Shown here: piece by piece, positions 37,510 through 47,073 of the stretch
Position numbering within the stretch: the first letter of the stretch is position 1
Layout: the number at the start of each line of letters is the position of its first letter
From: an uncultured delta proteobacterium
GTDB lineage: Bacteria; Myxococcota_A; Polyangia; Polyangiales; Polyangiaceae
Length of the DNA: 64,000 nt
Direction: 5' to 3'
Assembly (NCBI GenBank): GCA_963806225.1
Contig: CAWDXG010000004.1
Location: forward strand, 96,001 to 160,000
Position numbers and translations under genes: made by a program
The notes under the pieces: model-generated
Database searches by the model: none
Told to the model about the DNA's origin: nothing
What the model saw: only the letters and a program-made list of their open reading frames with translations

Positions 37510-39051
37510 CTAGTGGAGCCCCAGGACGATGTGGAGGTAGGCCGGCGTGGCGCGATTGATGAAGTCGAGAATCAGCGAGGGCCAGCACCCGAACACGATC
37601 AGCGCCGAGCCCAGGATGCAGAGCGCACCCCACTCGGTGTGCCGTGTGTCCAGAAGCTCGTGGAACTTCTCGCTGGGGCCCGGCCCCCAGAAGATCATGC
37701 GCACCGCCCGCAGCACGTACACGGCCGTCAGGAACGCGCCGATGATGCCCGGTATGGCCCACCACGAAGAGTGGCTCTGCCAGGCGCCAATGAAGACTAG
37801 AAGCTCGGCGACGAAGCCGGCCGTGCCGGGCAACCCCAGCGAGGAGAGCGCGGCCAGGGTGAAGAAGAACGCCACGGCGGGCATCACCTTGCCGAACCCG
37901 CCCATGCTGGGAATGAAGCGCGTGTGTGCGCGCTCGTAGACCAGGCCGACGAGGGCGAAGAAGAGCCCCGTCATGATGCCGTGGGCGAACATCTGGAAGA
38001 TCGCGCCGTTCCAGCCATTCGTCGTGAGCGTGGCGGCGCCCAGCATCACGACACCCATGTGGCTCACCGACGAATAGGCGACGACGTACTTCAGATCCTT
38101 CTGACTCATCGCCGACAGCGCGCCGTAGACGATGTTGACGACCGCAACTGCGCCGATGACCGGCACCCACGCCCGCGCGCCCTCGGGCAGCATGACCATG
38201 CCGACGCGTATCACGCCGAAGGCGCCGAGCTTCATCAGCACTCCGGCGTGCAGCATACTGACAGCCGTGGGGGCGGAAGCGTGGCCGTCGGGCGACCAGG
38301 TGTGGAACGGGAACACGCCGCCCAGCGATCCGAAGCCCAGCCACAGCATCGGGAACGCCCAGTACTGCATCGCCTTCGGGTAGTGCGCGGCCCCCAGGGT
38401 CGCCATGTTGAAGGTGTGGGCGCCGGACGCCACGTACATGGCGAAGATCCCGACCAGGATGAAGGCCGACCCCACCAGCAGCATCAGCGTCAGCTTCATG
38501 GCGGCGTATTCGCGGCCGCCGATGTTGAACATCTTCCAGACGAACTTGAAGGGCCCCGCTTCGGTGACGGCGTGGCTCGAGCCCCAGATGCCGATCAAGA
38601 GATACATCGGCAGAACGGCGATCTCGTAGAACAGGAAGAAGACGAACAGATCCTGCGAGACGAAGACGCCGAACACGCCCGAGACCAGCACCAGAAGCAG
38701 GACGAAGAACTCCTTGGTGCGTTCTTCCAGCTTCCAGCTCGCCAGCACGCCGGCGAAGATGATGATGCCGGTAAGCAGAATCAGGGAGACGCCCCAGCCG
38801 TCCACTGCCAGCTCGAGCGAGATGCCCAGCTGCGGGACCAGCGGGTAGCGCTCGGCGAGCTGAAGACCGCCGGCGTGGAGGTTGAAGCGCAGCGCCGTGA
38901 CCACGCTGCCGGCGAGCGCCACGCCAGCGCCCAGGAGCGCCACCAGGCGGACCAGCACGCGCTCGCGATTCGGGATGAACAGGAGCACGAGCGCCGCCAC
39001 GAACGGCGCCGCGACGATCATGCCGAGCAGACTGGGTGCCGCGCCGTTCAT
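37510..39051 (-). CDS. nuoM: NADH-quinone oxidoreductase subunit M
   Basis: FFLFYE...PMYLLIGIWG, PFHTWSPDGH, MKLGAFG, AYSSVSHMG and GLPGTAGFVAE motifs. Confidence 0.93.
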   Translation of the reverse strand: MNGAAPSLLGMIVAAPFVAALVLLFIPNRERVLVRLVALLGAGVALAGSVVTALRFNLHAGGLQLAERYPLVPQLGISLELAVDGWGVSLILLTGIIIFAGVLASWKLEERTKEFFVLLLVLVSGVFGVFVSQDLFVFFLFYEIAVLPMYLLIGIWGSSHAVTEAGPFKFVWKMFNIGGREYAAMKLTLMLLVGSAFILVGIFAMYVASGAHTFNMATLGAAHYPKAMQYWAFPMLWLGFGSLGGVFPFHTWSPDGHASAPTAVSMLHAGVLMKLGAFGVIRVGMVMLPEGARAWVPVIGAVAVVNIVYGALSAMSQKDLKYVVAYSSVSHMGVVMLGAATLTTNGWNGAIFQMFAHGIMTGLFFALVGLVYERAHTRFIPSMGGFGKVMPAVAFFFTLAALSSLGLPGTAGFVAELLVFIGAWQSHSSWWAIPGIIGAFLTAVYVLRAVRMIFWGPGPSEKFHELLDTRHTEWGALCILGSALIVFGCWPSLILDFINRATPAYLHIVLGLH

Positions 39052-40865
39052 CGGAAGAGCCCCCATGCTGCGAGGACCACGGCACCGGCGATCACGGCGA
39101 AGACGTAGTCCTGGACGTTGCCGGTCTGGAAGCGCTTGAGCCGTCGCCCGGCCATGATCGTCAGCCACCCGCTGAAGTTGATCACGCCGTCCACCACGTA
39201 GCGGTCGAACCAGCCAATAGCGCCCGACAGGACGAGCAGGCCGCGTCGATAGCCGGTCTCGAAGAACCGGTCGACGGCTCCGGAGCGCGCCAGCTCGCCT
39301 ACCGGCGCCAGGAAGTCGAAGGCCTCGCTTCGCGTTGCGCGTCCGTACTGCCACCACGCCAGGCCGATACCCAGAAGCCCGAGCGTGCTGGCGCCCATGC
39401 CAACGGGCGTGATGTGGAACTCGTAGTCGAACCCGTACACGCGGGCGAGCGAGCTGCCGAACCAGCCGGCTCCAACGCTTCCGGCAGCAAGCAGCAGCAT
39501 CGGCAGGGCCATCGACATGCCGCCTTCATGTGCGTGCTCGACGTGTTTCGAGCGCTTGCCCAGGAACGCCAGGAACACGACGCGCCCGATGTAGAAGGCC
39601 GTGAGGAAGGCTGCGATCATCAGCGCTGCGAACGGCAGCCACAGCCCCTTCTCCGCGACGGCCTCCAGCACCAGATCCTTGCTGAAGAAGCCGGCGAAGC
39701 CGGGCACACCGGCCAGTGCCAGGGCGGCGATGATGAACACCACGCTGGTGAGCCTCATCTTGTTCCAGAGCCCGCCCATGTGATCGAGCTCGTTGCTGTG
39801 CACGGCGTGGATCACGCTACCGGCGGCGAGGAAGAGCAGCGCCTTGAAGAAGGCGTGCGTGGTGAGGTGGAAGAAGCCGCCCATCACGCTTCCGGCGCCG
39901 AGCGCGCAGATCATGTAGCCGAGCTGGGAACAGGTGGAGTACGCCAGCACGCGCTTGATGTCGGTCTGGACGACCGCCACGATCGCGGCGAACAGCGCCG
40001 TGAAGCCGCCAATCCACGCCATGGCGGTGAGCGTCGTCGGCGATTGTGCGAAGAGCGGGTTGGCGCGCACGATCAAGTAGACGCCGGCGGCCACCATGGT
40101 CGCCGCGTGCAGCAGCGCCGACACCGGCGTCGGACCCTCCATGGCATTGGGCAACCAGATGTGCAGCGGGAACTGCGCGCTCTTGCCCATCACGCCGAGG
40201 AACATCAAGAGCGTGATGGGTGTCGCCCAGGCCAGAGGAAGCGCGACGTTCCAGCCGAACTGCCCGGTCGTCGCAAACAGCAGGATGATGCCGAGCACGA
40301 GTCCCATGTCGGCGAATTTGGTCACCCAGAAGGCCTTGATCGCCGCCTGTGCCGCGCTCTCTTTCTGGTAGTAGAAGCCGATCAGGAGGTAGCTCGTCAG
40401 CCCGACGAGCTCCCAGCCGAGGAACAGCTCGAGCATGTTCGGCGCGAGCACCAGCACACCCATCGCGAACACGAACAGCGAGTGGTAGCCGTAGTAGCGC
40501 CCGCGCGCCGGCGCCGGCTCATCGGCCATGTAGCCGAGCGAGAAGACCTGCACGCACATCGCAACGGTCGCGAGCACCAGCAGCATCGGGATCGAGATGC
40601 CGTCCAGACGGACGCCGATCCGCGCCATGGTGCCGGTGGCGCTCGGAAGCCAATCGAGCTGGTAGAGCGTGAGCTGATGCGGATCCGAAAGCTGGCTTGC
40701 GAACAGCTGGATGGCCGCGATGAAGCTGACGACGACCGCCGCGATCGACAGCCACGTTGCGGGAGTGCCGCGGCGGCGCAGAGGAACCACGAGCGCGATG
40801 ACGAGCGCAGCGCCTAGCGGTGTCAGGAGCGCAAGCAGCGCCCAGGTAAGTGCGGAGAGCCCCAT
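39048..40865 (-). CDS. nuoL: NADH-quinone oxidoreductase subunit L
   Basis: WELVG, KSAQFPLHIWLPNAMEGPTPVSALLHAATMV, KRVLAYST and FQTGNVQDY motifs. Confidence 0.95.
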   Translation of the reverse strand: MGLSALTWALLALLTPLGAALVIALVVPLRRRGTPATWLSIAAVVVSFIAAIQLFASQLSDPHQLTLYQLDWLPSATGTMARIGVRLDGISIPMLLVLATVAMCVQVFSLGYMADEPAPARGRYYGYHSLFVFAMGVLVLAPNMLELFLGWELVGLTSYLLIGFYYQKESAAQAAIKAFWVTKFADMGLVLGIILLFATTGQFGWNVALPLAWATPITLLMFLGVMGKSAQFPLHIWLPNAMEGPTPVSALLHAATMVAAGVYLIVRANPLFAQSPTTLTAMAWIGGFTALFAAIVAVVQTDIKRVLAYSTCSQLGYMICALGAGSVMGGFFHLTTHAFFKALLFLAAGSVIHAVHSNELDHMGGLWNKMRLTSVVFIIAALALAGVPGFAGFFSKDLVLEAVAEKGLWLPFAALMIAAFLTAFYIGRVVFLAFLGKRSKHVEHAHEGGMSMALPMLLLAAGSVGAGWFGSSLARVYGFDYEFHITPVGMGASTLGLLGIGLAWWQYGRATRSEAFDFLAPVGELARSGAVDRFFETGYRRGLLVLSGAIGWFDRYVVDGVINFSGWLTIMAGRRLKRFQTGNVQDYVFAVIAGAVVLAAWGLFR

Positions 40866-40868
40866 GGG

Positions 40869-41171
40869 TCAGCCGGAAAGCTCGTTCGCCTCGTCGACGA
40901 GGACGTCCTGGCGCGAGCGGTAGAGCAGGATCACGAGCGCCAGACCGACCACGACCTCGGCGACGGTGATCCCGATAGAGAAGAGCGTGAAGACCTGGCC
41001 CAGCGCAGTGCCCTGGGCGCGCGAGAATGCGACGAGATTGATGTTCACGGCGTTGGCCATGAGCTCGACGGAGATGAGGATGCCGACCGCGTTGCGGCGT
41101 GACAGGACGCCATAGATGCCCACGGAGAACAGGGCCGCGGCCAAGAGCAGGTAGGGATGGGTTGCCATCAT
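40869..41171 (-). CDS. nuoK: NADH-quinone oxidoreductase subunit K
   Basis: RRNAVGILISVELMANAVNINLV...AEVVVGLALVI. Confidence 0.92.
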   Translation of the reverse strand: MMATHPYLLLAAALFSVGIYGVLSRRNAVGILISVELMANAVNINLVAFSRAQGTALGQVFTLFSIGITVAEVVVGLALVILLYRSRQDVLVDEANELSG

Positions 41172-41710
41172 CCGCGCTGCTCCCGCTTGCGCGGAATGCG
41201 CACGTGATCGAAGCCGTGGTCGCGCCGCCGCGCCACCACGATGGCGCCGATCATCGCTGCCAGGAGCAGCACCGACAGCACTTCGAAGGCGAGGACGTTT
41301 CCGGTGAGGAAGGAGCGCCCGATATCCACGGTGTCCACAGTGGCGTGGGGCTGGAGAGGCTGTTCCGGTGTCCGCGACAGGGCCGTTGCGAACAGGATGA
41401 ACATGCCGGTTCCCGCGATCGCGGCAGGCACGCGGCGCCGGGGGGAGGTCTCGGCGTCGATTTCGACGCGCTCGTGGCGCCGCGTGAGCATGACCCCGAA
41501 CAGCATCAGGGTGATGACTCCTCCGGCGTACAGGAGGACCTGGATGCCGGCCACGAACGGCGCCTGCATGGTCACGAAGAGCACTGCCGTCGAAAGCAGC
41601 GTGACGGCGAGCCACAGCACGGCGTGCACGAGGTTCTTCGAGCCGACCACGAACAAGGCTGAAAGGAGCAGGCAAACGGCAATCACGCCGAAGCCGATCT
41701 GCGCGGTCAT
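41168..41710 (-). CDS. nuoJ: NADH-quinone oxidoreductase subunit J
   Basis: KNLVHAVLWL, IQVLLYAGG and FEVLSVLLLAAMIGAI motifs. Confidence 0.92.
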   Translation of the reverse strand: MTAQIGFGVIAVCLLLSALFVVGSKNLVHAVLWLAVTLLSTAVLFVTMQAPFVAGIQVLLYAGGVITLMLFGVMLTRRHERVEIDAETSPRRRVPAAIAGTGMFILFATALSRTPEQPLQPHATVDTVDIGRSFLTGNVLAFEVLSVLLLAAMIGAIVVARRRDHGFDHVRIPRKREQRG

Positions 41711-42489
41711 TCGGTGCGGCCCTCCGTCGTTGGCTTGGCTGTGCCGCTGTCGGCCCCGGCGCTGTCCGCCGCTTCCGGCCCCGCCTTGGAATCCGGCGTT
41801 TCCTTCGAGGTCGTGCGGGTCGGATCGACCGGCTTGGTGGTCCCCGGCTTTCCGGCCTTGGGTTCGCTGCCCGTGGTTGCCGCCTCCGGCTCGACCTTTG
41901 GCTTGGCTTCGGCCTTCGGCTTGTCGGCCTTGGGCTCGGCCTTCGGCTTGTCGGCTTTGGCTTCGGCCCTCGCCGCCTTCTTGGCCGCCTTGGCGTCCGG
42001 TTGGCCGCGCTTCGGGTCCTGCATGCCCATCAGGAGCGACGCGGTGGCCCAGGTGGCGGGCTTTTCCGTCTCGTTCTCGTAGAGGCGATCCATCGTGAGG
42101 CACAGCGCCTCGCGCGAGTAGCCGGGTGTCTCGGCAACGCGTGTCATGACGATGGCGTCCGTCGGACAGACCTGCACGCACAGCTCGCAGAAGATGCAGG
42201 CGTTCAGGTCGAGCACGAAGTCCTTCGCGTAGCCGCGGCGCTTGCCCGTGACCGGCGACTCCTTCTTCTCGGCGATGACCGTGATGACCTGCGACGGGCA
42301 GATGCGCTCGCACTGCAGACACCCGACGCACAGCTCGTCGTCCTCGCTGTCGTGCAGGAGCGCGAAGCTCGTGCGGTAGCGCTCGGAGCGTTCCCGTATC
42401 TCCTTCGGGAACTGCACCGTGGTCGGCGTGCGGAAGGCGTTGCGCATGCTCGTGCCGAGCGAGCGCAGGCTATCGAGGAAATACCCCAT
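41707..42489 (-). CDS. nuoI: NADH-quinone oxidoreductase subunit I with a long Lys/Ala/Pro-rich C-terminal extension
   Basis: TVQFP, CVGCLQCERICP and CIFCELCVQVCP (two [4Fe-4S]); about 100-aa low-complexity tail. Confidence 0.92.
   Translation of the reverse strand: MGYFLDSLRSLGTSMRNAFRTPTTVQFPKEIRERSERYRTSFALLHDSEDDELCVGCLQCERICPSQVITVIAEKKESPVTGKRRGYAKDFVLDLNACIFCELCVQVCPTDAIVMTRVAETPGYSREALCLTMDRLYENETEKPATWATASLLMGMQDPKRGQPDAKAAKKAARAEAKADKPKAEPKADKPKAEAKPKVEPEAATTGSEPKAGKPGTTKPVDPTRTTSKETPDSKAGPEAADSAGADSGTAKPTTEGRTE
41898..41968. repeat. Imperfect 27-bp coding repeat (KADKPKAE(P/A)) in the nuoI tail
   Basis: TCGGCCTTCGGCTTGTCGGC occurs twice, 27 bp apart. Confidence 0.7.
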
Positions 42490-43568
42490 CACGGCACCTC
42501 CTCGTGGACGGGCGGCTGGGCCGGCATCGCCGAGGGAGCGGGCGGGGCCATGCCGGTCGCCGTCTGGTTGGGCGTGACGAAATTCACCCAGACCGCTGCC
42601 ACCATCACCAGGACCAGTCCGCCGGGCACCAGATACTTCCAGCAGAGCGCCAGCAGCTGGTCGGAACGGAACCGGAGCAGCGTCCAGCGGATCCAGAAGA
42701 TCGAGCCGAACAAGAGCAGCGTCTTGAGCACCATCCAGACGAGGCCCGGAGCGAAGGGCCCGTCCCAGCCGCCGAAGAACAGCGCGGCAGCGACGGCCGA
42801 GACGATCAGCGTGTGGAGATACTCGCTCAGATAGAACAGTCCGAACTGCATCCCGGTGTACTCGGTGGTCACTCCCGCGACCAGCTCGCTCTCTGCCTCG
42901 GGGATATCGAACGGGATGCGGTTCGCCTCGGCGAGCGACGCCATGAAGAACAGCACGAAAGCCAGGAACCCCGGTCCGGGCGGCCACGCGACGAACCAGC
43001 CATGGTGGACCTGGAACTGTACGATGTCGCTCAGCTTCATCGAGCCGGACAGCACGACCGGCACCATGGCTGCCAGGACCAACGGGATCTCGTAGGAGAT
43101 CCCCTGGGACACGGCGCGCATGCCGCCGAGCAGCGAGTACTTGTTGTTGCTGGCCCAGCCGGCGATCCACACCGGAAACACCATCAGGCCGCCCAGCGCG
43201 AGCAGGTACAGCACCCCGATGTCGAGATCGGCCGCGATCACGTTCCGCGAGAACGGGATCACCGCTGCGGTACCCAGCGCGAACAGCACCGTGAGCGGCG
43301 GCGCCAGACGGAACAGCCACTTGTCCGCGCTGGCCGGGACGATGCTTTCCTTTTGCAGCAGCTTCAGCGCGTCGGCCAACGGTTGCAGGAGCCCGGCCGG
43401 CCCCACCAGCGTCGGTCCGAGGCGGCTCTGCATGCGGCCGGAGAACTTGCGCTCGAACCAGATCGACCAGGCGGTGACCGTCATCAGCACCGTGACGATC
43501 ACGAGCCCGTACACGGCGCCGTGCAGGAGCGCGCCGCCGAACCCCTCGATACCGGCCAGCGCCTTCAC
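42489..43568 (-). CDS. nuoH: NADH-quinone oxidoreductase subunit H
   Basis: ERK..GRMQSRLGP, GLLQPLADALKL and AEANRIPFDIPEAESELVAG motifs. Confidence 0.95.
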   Translation of the reverse strand: MKALAGIEGFGGALLHGAVYGLVIVTVLMTVTAWSIWFERKFSGRMQSRLGPTLVGPAGLLQPLADALKLLQKESIVPASADKWLFRLAPPLTVLFALGTAAVIPFSRNVIAADLDIGVLYLLALGGLMVFPVWIAGWASNNKYSLLGGMRAVSQGISYEIPLVLAAMVPVVLSGSMKLSDIVQFQVHHGWFVAWPPGPGFLAFVLFFMASLAEANRIPFDIPEAESELVAGVTTEYTGMQFGLFYLSEYLHTLIVSAVAAALFFGGWDGPFAPGLVWMVLKTLLLFGSIFWIRWTLLRFRSDQLLALCWKYLVPGGLVLVMVAAVWVNFVTPNQTATGMAPPAPSAMPAQPPVHEEVP

Positions 43569-44758
43569 CGGTCCACCTCCCCGATGATCGGATCGGTCGA
43601 GCCCAGGATGGTCACCGCATCGCTCACAGTGTGCCCCGGTAGCACGTAGGGCAGACACGACACGGCGTGCAGGCTCGGCGGGCGGATCTTGAGACGATAG
43701 GGGCTCGCGCCCTTGTTCGCCCCGCCGCCGATGACGTACGTGCCGAGCTCGCCGCGCGGCGACTCGAGGCAGGCGTAGGCCTGGCCGCTCTGCGCGCGCT
43801 CCTGCGCGGCGATCTTGATCGGCTTGTGACCGCAGATCGGCCCTTCAGGCACGTTGTCGATGAGCTCCCGCACGATGCGGCTGCTCTCGCTCATCTCGCG
43901 GATGCGGACCAGCGTGCGTGCCAGCGAGTCGCCGGCCTTCTCCGTCTGCACCTTGACCTTGATCTCGTCGTAGGCGTGGTACGGCGCGTGGCGACGCAGA
44001 TCGTGGCTGACGCCCGCCGCCCGGAGCATGGGCCCGGTGATGCCGAGCTCCATCGCCAGCTCCGCCTTCAGCACGCCCACGCCGCGAGTGCGCTCGACGA
44101 AGATCCGGTTTCCGCTCATCAGCGATTCGTACTCGGGGATGCGCTGATCGATGACGTCGAGGGCCTGCTTCACGTGGTCGGCCCAGCCCGGCATGATGTC
44201 GTGGCGGTTCCCGCCGATGGTGTGCGTGTTGTAGTGGAAGCGACAGCCCGTCACCTCCTCGAACAGGTCGAGGATCGACTCGCGCTCGCGGAAGCAGTGC
44301 ATGAAGATGGTCGCGCCGCCGCCCAGCGCGCCGCCCAGGTCCATGCCGAAGGTGCCGAGCCACAGCAGATGCGACGCAATGCGCTGCAGCTCCGCCTCGA
44401 TAGTGCGGATGTAGCGGGCCCGCCGCGGCACCTCGACGTCGAGCAGCGCCTCGAAGGCCATGTTGATGGCCTGCTCGTTCATCATGGGCGAGACGTAGTC
44501 GTTCTTGTCCACGATCGGCGTTATCTGCGTGAACATCAGCTTCTCGCAGAGCTTCTCGACTCCGCGATGCAGGTAGCCCGCGTACGGCACTGCCTTGATG
44601 ATGATCTCGCCGTCCAGGAAGAGCTTGACGTGGAAGACCCCGTGCGTGGACGGGTGCTGCGGGCCCAGGTTGAGGACCATCAGGTCCGCTTCGGGCTCGT
44701 ACTCGTCGATATCGAGGTAGGGGTCCACCCGATCGGGGATCTCGACTGCCAGCGCCAC
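43565..44758 (-). CDS. nuoD: NADH-quinone oxidoreductase subunit D
   Basis: NLGPQHPSTHGV, GYLHRGVEK, ESPRGELG and GEVDR motifs; no NiFe CxxC ligands. Confidence 0.95.
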   Translation of the reverse strand: MALAVEIPDRVDPYLDIDEYEPEADLMVLNLGPQHPSTHGVFHVKLFLDGEIIIKAVPYAGYLHRGVEKLCEKLMFTQITPIVDKNDYVSPMMNEQAINMAFEALLDVEVPRRARYIRTIEAELQRIASHLLWLGTFGMDLGGALGGGATIFMHCFRERESILDLFEEVTGCRFHYNTHTIGGNRHDIMPGWADHVKQALDVIDQRIPEYESLMSGNRIFVERTRGVGVLKAELAMELGITGPMLRAAGVSHDLRRHAPYHAYDEIKVKVQTEKAGDSLARTLVRIREMSESSRIVRELIDNVPEGPICGHKPIKIAAQERAQSGQAYACLESPRGELGTYVIGGGANKGASPYRLKIRPPSLHAVSCLPYVLPGHTVSDAVTILGSTDPIIGEVDR

Positions 44759-44759
44759 G

Positions 44760-45251
44760 CTACCTCCAGGGGGGACACGCCGTATCGATGGCGTAGTCCT
44801 TGCGCAGTGGGTGCCCCTCCCAGTCTTCCGGCATCATCAAACGCCTGAGGTCGGGGTGATTTGCGAAGCGGACCCCCACCAGATCGTACTGCTCCCGCTC
44901 CTGCCAGTCAGCGCCGGCAAACAGCGGCACCAGCGATTCGATGTCCTCGTCCGTGGCGAGCCGCACACGCCACACGGCGAGCTTCGAGCGCCTTCCCGGC
45001 GTGCGCAGCCCCGTCGCGACCTCGTAGTGTTCGGGATCGGGGTCTCCGCCCTTCTTCGGCGTGGCCTCGAGCCAGTGGCTGGCGACGCAGAAGCCGTAGA
45101 TGCGGTAGCCGAGATCTTCCTTCAAGGCACGGGCCAGCTTGAAATGCCGGGCTCGGTCGAGCAGCGGCGGCACGTCGTCGGGGAACTCGTCCACGCCGAA
45201 CCGCTCACCCAGCAGCGCCACGACCTTCTTGTCGACAATGACGCCTTTCAC
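44760..45251 (-). CDS. nuoC: NADH-quinone oxidoreductase subunit C
   Basis: ADWQEREQYDLVGVRFANHPDLRRLMMPEDWEGHPLRKDY. Confidence 0.92.
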   Translation of the reverse strand: MKGVIVDKKVVALLGERFGVDEFPDDVPPLLDRARHFKLARALKEDLGYRIYGFCVASHWLEATPKKGGDPDPEHYEVATGLRTPGRRSKLAVWRVRLATDEDIESLVPLFAGADWQEREQYDLVGVRFANHPDLRRLMMPEDWEGHPLRKDYAIDTACPPWR

Positions 45252-45961
45252 TTGTCGTCAAGCTCCTCCCCACCCTTCGAGCGCCGAACCTGTAGCAGAT
45301 TCAGCTCGCCGTGGGCACCAAGGGAGGCGGCGGACAGCACCTGCTGCGCGCTGATCTCCGGCGACCGCTCGGGGTCCCCGATCCGCGGGATGCTCGGCTT
45401 GCGTAGGTAGGGCGACGTCTCGGGCCGCTCTTCGCGCTCGCGCCACTTGCCGGCGCGCACCGCCCTCACCTTCTCCTGCAGGCGCAGCATGCCGTGCATG
45501 AGCGCCTCGGGATTCGGTGGGCAACCGGGTACGTAGACGTCGACCGGCAGGAAGGTGTCGATGCCGGGAACGACGGAGTAGATGTCCCGATAGAAATCGC
45601 CAGAAATCGCGCAGGACCCCATGGCTACGCACCACTTGGGCTCCGGCATCTGGTCCCAGAGCTTCTTCACGCGGGGCGCCATCTTTACCGTGATGGTGCC
45701 GGCCACGACCATCACGTCACACTGGCGCGGCGTCGCGCGGGGGATCGAGCCCATGCGGTCCAGATCCACCCGGCTGGCCGCGGCGGCCATGAATTCGATA
45801 CCGCAGCAGCTCGTCGCCATGGGAAAGATCCAGAGCGAGTTGTTCACGCCCCAGGTCAAGAGCTTGTCGACGCTGGTGGCGGCGACGTCCAGGCCCGGGA
45901 CCCTGAGCAGATAGTCGTACAGGGGGTGCGTGAACGACTGGCCGCCCTCGTCTACTGCCAC
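45248..45961 (-). CDS. nuoB: NADH-quinone oxidoreductase subunit B
   Basis: SCCGIE, PRQCD, MPEPKW..AMGSCA and VDVYVPGCPP motifs. Start is approximate. Confidence 0.93.
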   Translation of the reverse strand: MAVDEGGQSFTHPLYDYLLRVPGLDVAATSVDKLLTWGVNNSLWIFPMATSCCGIEFMAAAASRVDLDRMGSIPRATPRQCDVMVVAGTITVKMAPRVKKLWDQMPEPKWCVAMGSCAISGDFYRDIYSVVPGIDTFLPVDVYVPGCPPNPEALMHGMLRLQEKVRAVRAGKWREREERPETSPYLRKPSIPRIGDPERSPEISAQQVLSAASLGAHGELNLLQVRRSKGGEELDDK

Positions 45962-46323
45962 TTGAGCGCTCCTTTCTTCAGCGCGTACGCCCACCCCAGA
46001 AGGAGCACCACGACGAAGATGACCATGTCCACGATGGCGACGCCTCCGAGCTGACGGATCGACAGCGCCCACGGGAACAGGAACACGGCTTCTACGTCGA
46101 ACAGCACGAAGACGAGAGCCACCACGTAGTAGCGCGGATGGAACTTGATCCACGCCGGACCTTCGGGTTCCTCACCACACTCGTAGGTCAGGGTCTTCAG
46201 TCGCGAGCTGTGCCTGGCCTTGACGCCCAGCAGGCGGGCGGCGACCAGCATGCTCACGCCGACGACGGCAGATAGAACCAGAAACGCGAGGGCTGCGCCC
46301 CACTGTTGCACGGTTGCCTCCAT
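45952..46323 (-). CDS. nuoA: NADH-quinone oxidoreductase subunit A
   Basis: TYECG, YYVVALVFVLFDVEAVFLFPWA and KKGALKW motifs. Confidence 0.93.
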   Translation of the reverse strand: MEATVQQWGAALAFLVLSAVVGVSMLVAARLLGVKARHSSRLKTLTYECGEEPEGPAWIKFHPRYYVVALVFVLFDVEAVFLFPWALSIRQLGGVAIVDMVIFVVVLLLGWAYALKKGALKWQ

Positions 46324-46435
46324 GAAGGCGCATGCGCGGCCAGGCGACCCGGCTCGCACTCGCGTGGCGTTCTAGCACTCGTTAAAGCGCATCAGCAAGG
46401 CCCCGCGTGGGCGGAGTCCGGGCAGCTGACAGCGG

Positions 46436-46988
46436 TCACAAGCGGTCGAGCTCGTCGTCGATGCGTGCGTCGAGGTCGTCGGCCTCGGCGTCCTCTGGCT
46501 GGTCCGGGCCCGCAGGGGCGTCGCTTCCGGAGTCCGTCCCGGACTTTTCGCCGCCGCGGCGGCGCCAGCGCACGAGCAGGCCGACCGCACCGATCCCGGC
46601 AAGACCCATGGCCAGCGACATGAAGATGGCGACTGATTTGAGCGGACTGTCGGGCGGAACTGCTGAGGATCCGCTTGCCGTAGCGGCGGACCAGATCCGC
46701 TTTGATCGACTCGGCGCTCTCGCCGGCGCGCAGGCGTCTGCGCACCTCGCGCTTGAGCTGGTCGGCGATGGCCGAGCCGTGGATGTCGATGGTCTGGGTC
46801 CAGCAGCACGGGGCCATGATCTGGCCTTCGAGCGCAGCAGCGCCGGGAACGTAGCCGCTGTCGTCTGCGCTCGCAGCCTTGTGCTTCGCCTGGGGCTCTG
46901 CGGGTGTCCCGGACTGCGCCAGGGCAGGAGCCGCGACGAACAGGCCGATCGCAAGAGTCACCACGATTGCGCGGGGAGAGAGCTTCAT
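46436..46988 (-). CDS. Cytochrome c biogenesis CcmH/CcmL/NrfF-like protein, frameshift near 46665
   Basis: Signal peptide; IMAPCCWTQTI...S.IA..LK.EV...L.AG.S...I...LV.RYG.RIL-AVPP; a TM segment; acidic tail DARIDDELDRL. Confidence 0.8.
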
Positions 46989-47073
46989 ATCGCGGCTAGC
47001 TTGCCATGCCGTGAGCAGAACGCACACCGGACGGCGGGCCAGTTTTGAGGAGCATCATCCAGGACCACCGGAT

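Noticed and set aside
39036..40817. Long antisense and alternative-frame ORFs (for example 39036-40817 +, 51587-53386 -, 18194-20236 +)
   Set aside because: These are shadow ORFs caused by high GC and codon bias opposite well-supported genes; they have Arg/Ala/Pro-rich composition and no motifs.
43565..45961. Group 4 [NiFe]-hydrogenase or Ehr complex
   Set aside because: The large subunit lacks both CxxC Ni ligands, nuoA and nuoJ are present, and NuoB has the complex I tandem CC.
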